A DNA stretch of 63,058 nt, counting the filler, from Octopus bimaculoides (Eukaryota): assembly GCF_001194135.2 (NCBI RefSeq). It is 6 parts of 6 records of this genome, joined end to end, with 100 filler letters (N's around TTAATTAATTAA, not from the genome) between each part and the next. Parts side by side here need not be neighbours in the genome. Positions count along the whole stretch, not along the records: positions 57,722 to 63,058 come from NW_026334161.1; 5 more parts are not named here. One strand, 5' to 3'. A program made the translations under genes and the position numbers. The notes below the pieces were generated by a model. It was not told where the DNA came from. It was given only the letters and a program-made list of their open reading frames with translations, and searched no databases. This document shows, piece after piece, positions 62,353-63,058 of this stretch. Position 1 is the first letter of the stretch, and the number at the start of each line of letters is the position of its first letter.

Positions 62353-62892
62353 AATGTTGGTCTGTTAGGATTTTCAATAAGTTTGGTGGTTTGTCTGAGC
62401 ATTTTAACTCCTATTTCTAGCAAGCTGGTATTTCGAGTACCCTCTATTATAATTGGCTGTGTGGTAAAAAGCTTGCTTCCCAACCGCATGGTTCCGGCTT
62501 CAGTCCCACTGCATGGTACCTTGGGCAAGTGTATTCTACTATAGTCTCAGGCCGACCAAAGCCTTGTGAATGGATTTGGTATGGATTTGGTAGACGGAAA
62601 CTGAAAGAAGCCCGTCGCATATATATATATATATATATATATGTTGGTCTGTTAGGATTTTCAATAAGTTTGGTGGTTTGTTTGAGCATTTTTACTCCTA
62701 TGTCTAGCAAGCTGGTATTTCGAGTACCCTCTATTATAATTGGCTGCGTGGTAAGAAGCTTGCTTACCAACCACATGGTCCCGTGTTCAGTCCCACTGCG
62801 TGGCACTTATCGCAAGAGTCTTCTACTATAGCCCCGGTCCGACCAAAGCCTTGTCAGTGGATTTGGTTGACGGAAGCTGAAAGAAGTCCGTC
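62203..62892 (+). repeat. Tandem array of about 287-bp units (SINE A 5' half + unrelated about 100-bp spacer)
   Basis: Units restart with tggctg at 62454 and 62741; spacer tgttggtctgttagg...ccctctattataat is present twice. Confidence 0.88.
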
Positions 62893-63050
62893 TCATGCTC
62901 GAAAGGAGTAGGTAGACAGCCGACAACTGATGAAGGGTCCTTTCTCTGTGTTAACTTGTCGTGTTTTCCATTTTTTCCTCGTTGTTTACGTATTTCACGC
63001 GTTTTTCCCTTGTTTGTTTACGCACTTCACCGTTCGTGACGTCCTGTATA
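62893..63050 (+). mobile_element. Family F-related repeat
   Basis: GAAA..GTA..gacaaCTGATGAAGGG and terminal gacgtcctgta are shared with the reverse complement of 17752-17930. Confidence 0.45.
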
Positions 63051-63058
63051 CATATATG

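Overview
Gap-rich (about 11 kb of N), microsatellite- and transposon-saturated animal draft-genome window. The tRNA-derived SINE families look like those of octopus; this species call rests on recalled consensus sequences, not a search. I recognise no complete protein-coding gene, rRNA, functional tRNA or CRISPR array, and almost all long ORFs in the track are microsatellite or N-gap artefacts. Supported content: three SINE families, one further interspersed repeat family, a decayed mariner, a 236-bp Tc1/mariner deletion derivative, a Tigger-like MITE, an L1/Tx1 fragment and several Penelope-like element (PLE) remnants. The main result is a set of hammerhead-ribozyme motifs linked to PLE ends. 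One PLE carries a tRNA-derived Pol III promoter cassette about 30 nt after its GIY-YIG stop codon, followed by a hammerhead module (half deleted in this copy). The same tRNA+hammerhead unit recurs on its own at 51.5-51.9 kb with a 12-bp TSD and an inverted 5' segment. A second, multi-copy PLE-end family carries a minimal hammerhead with a non-canonical A6 position. A 226-bp foldback with G.U-biased mismatches and a few weak candidate exons are also noted.
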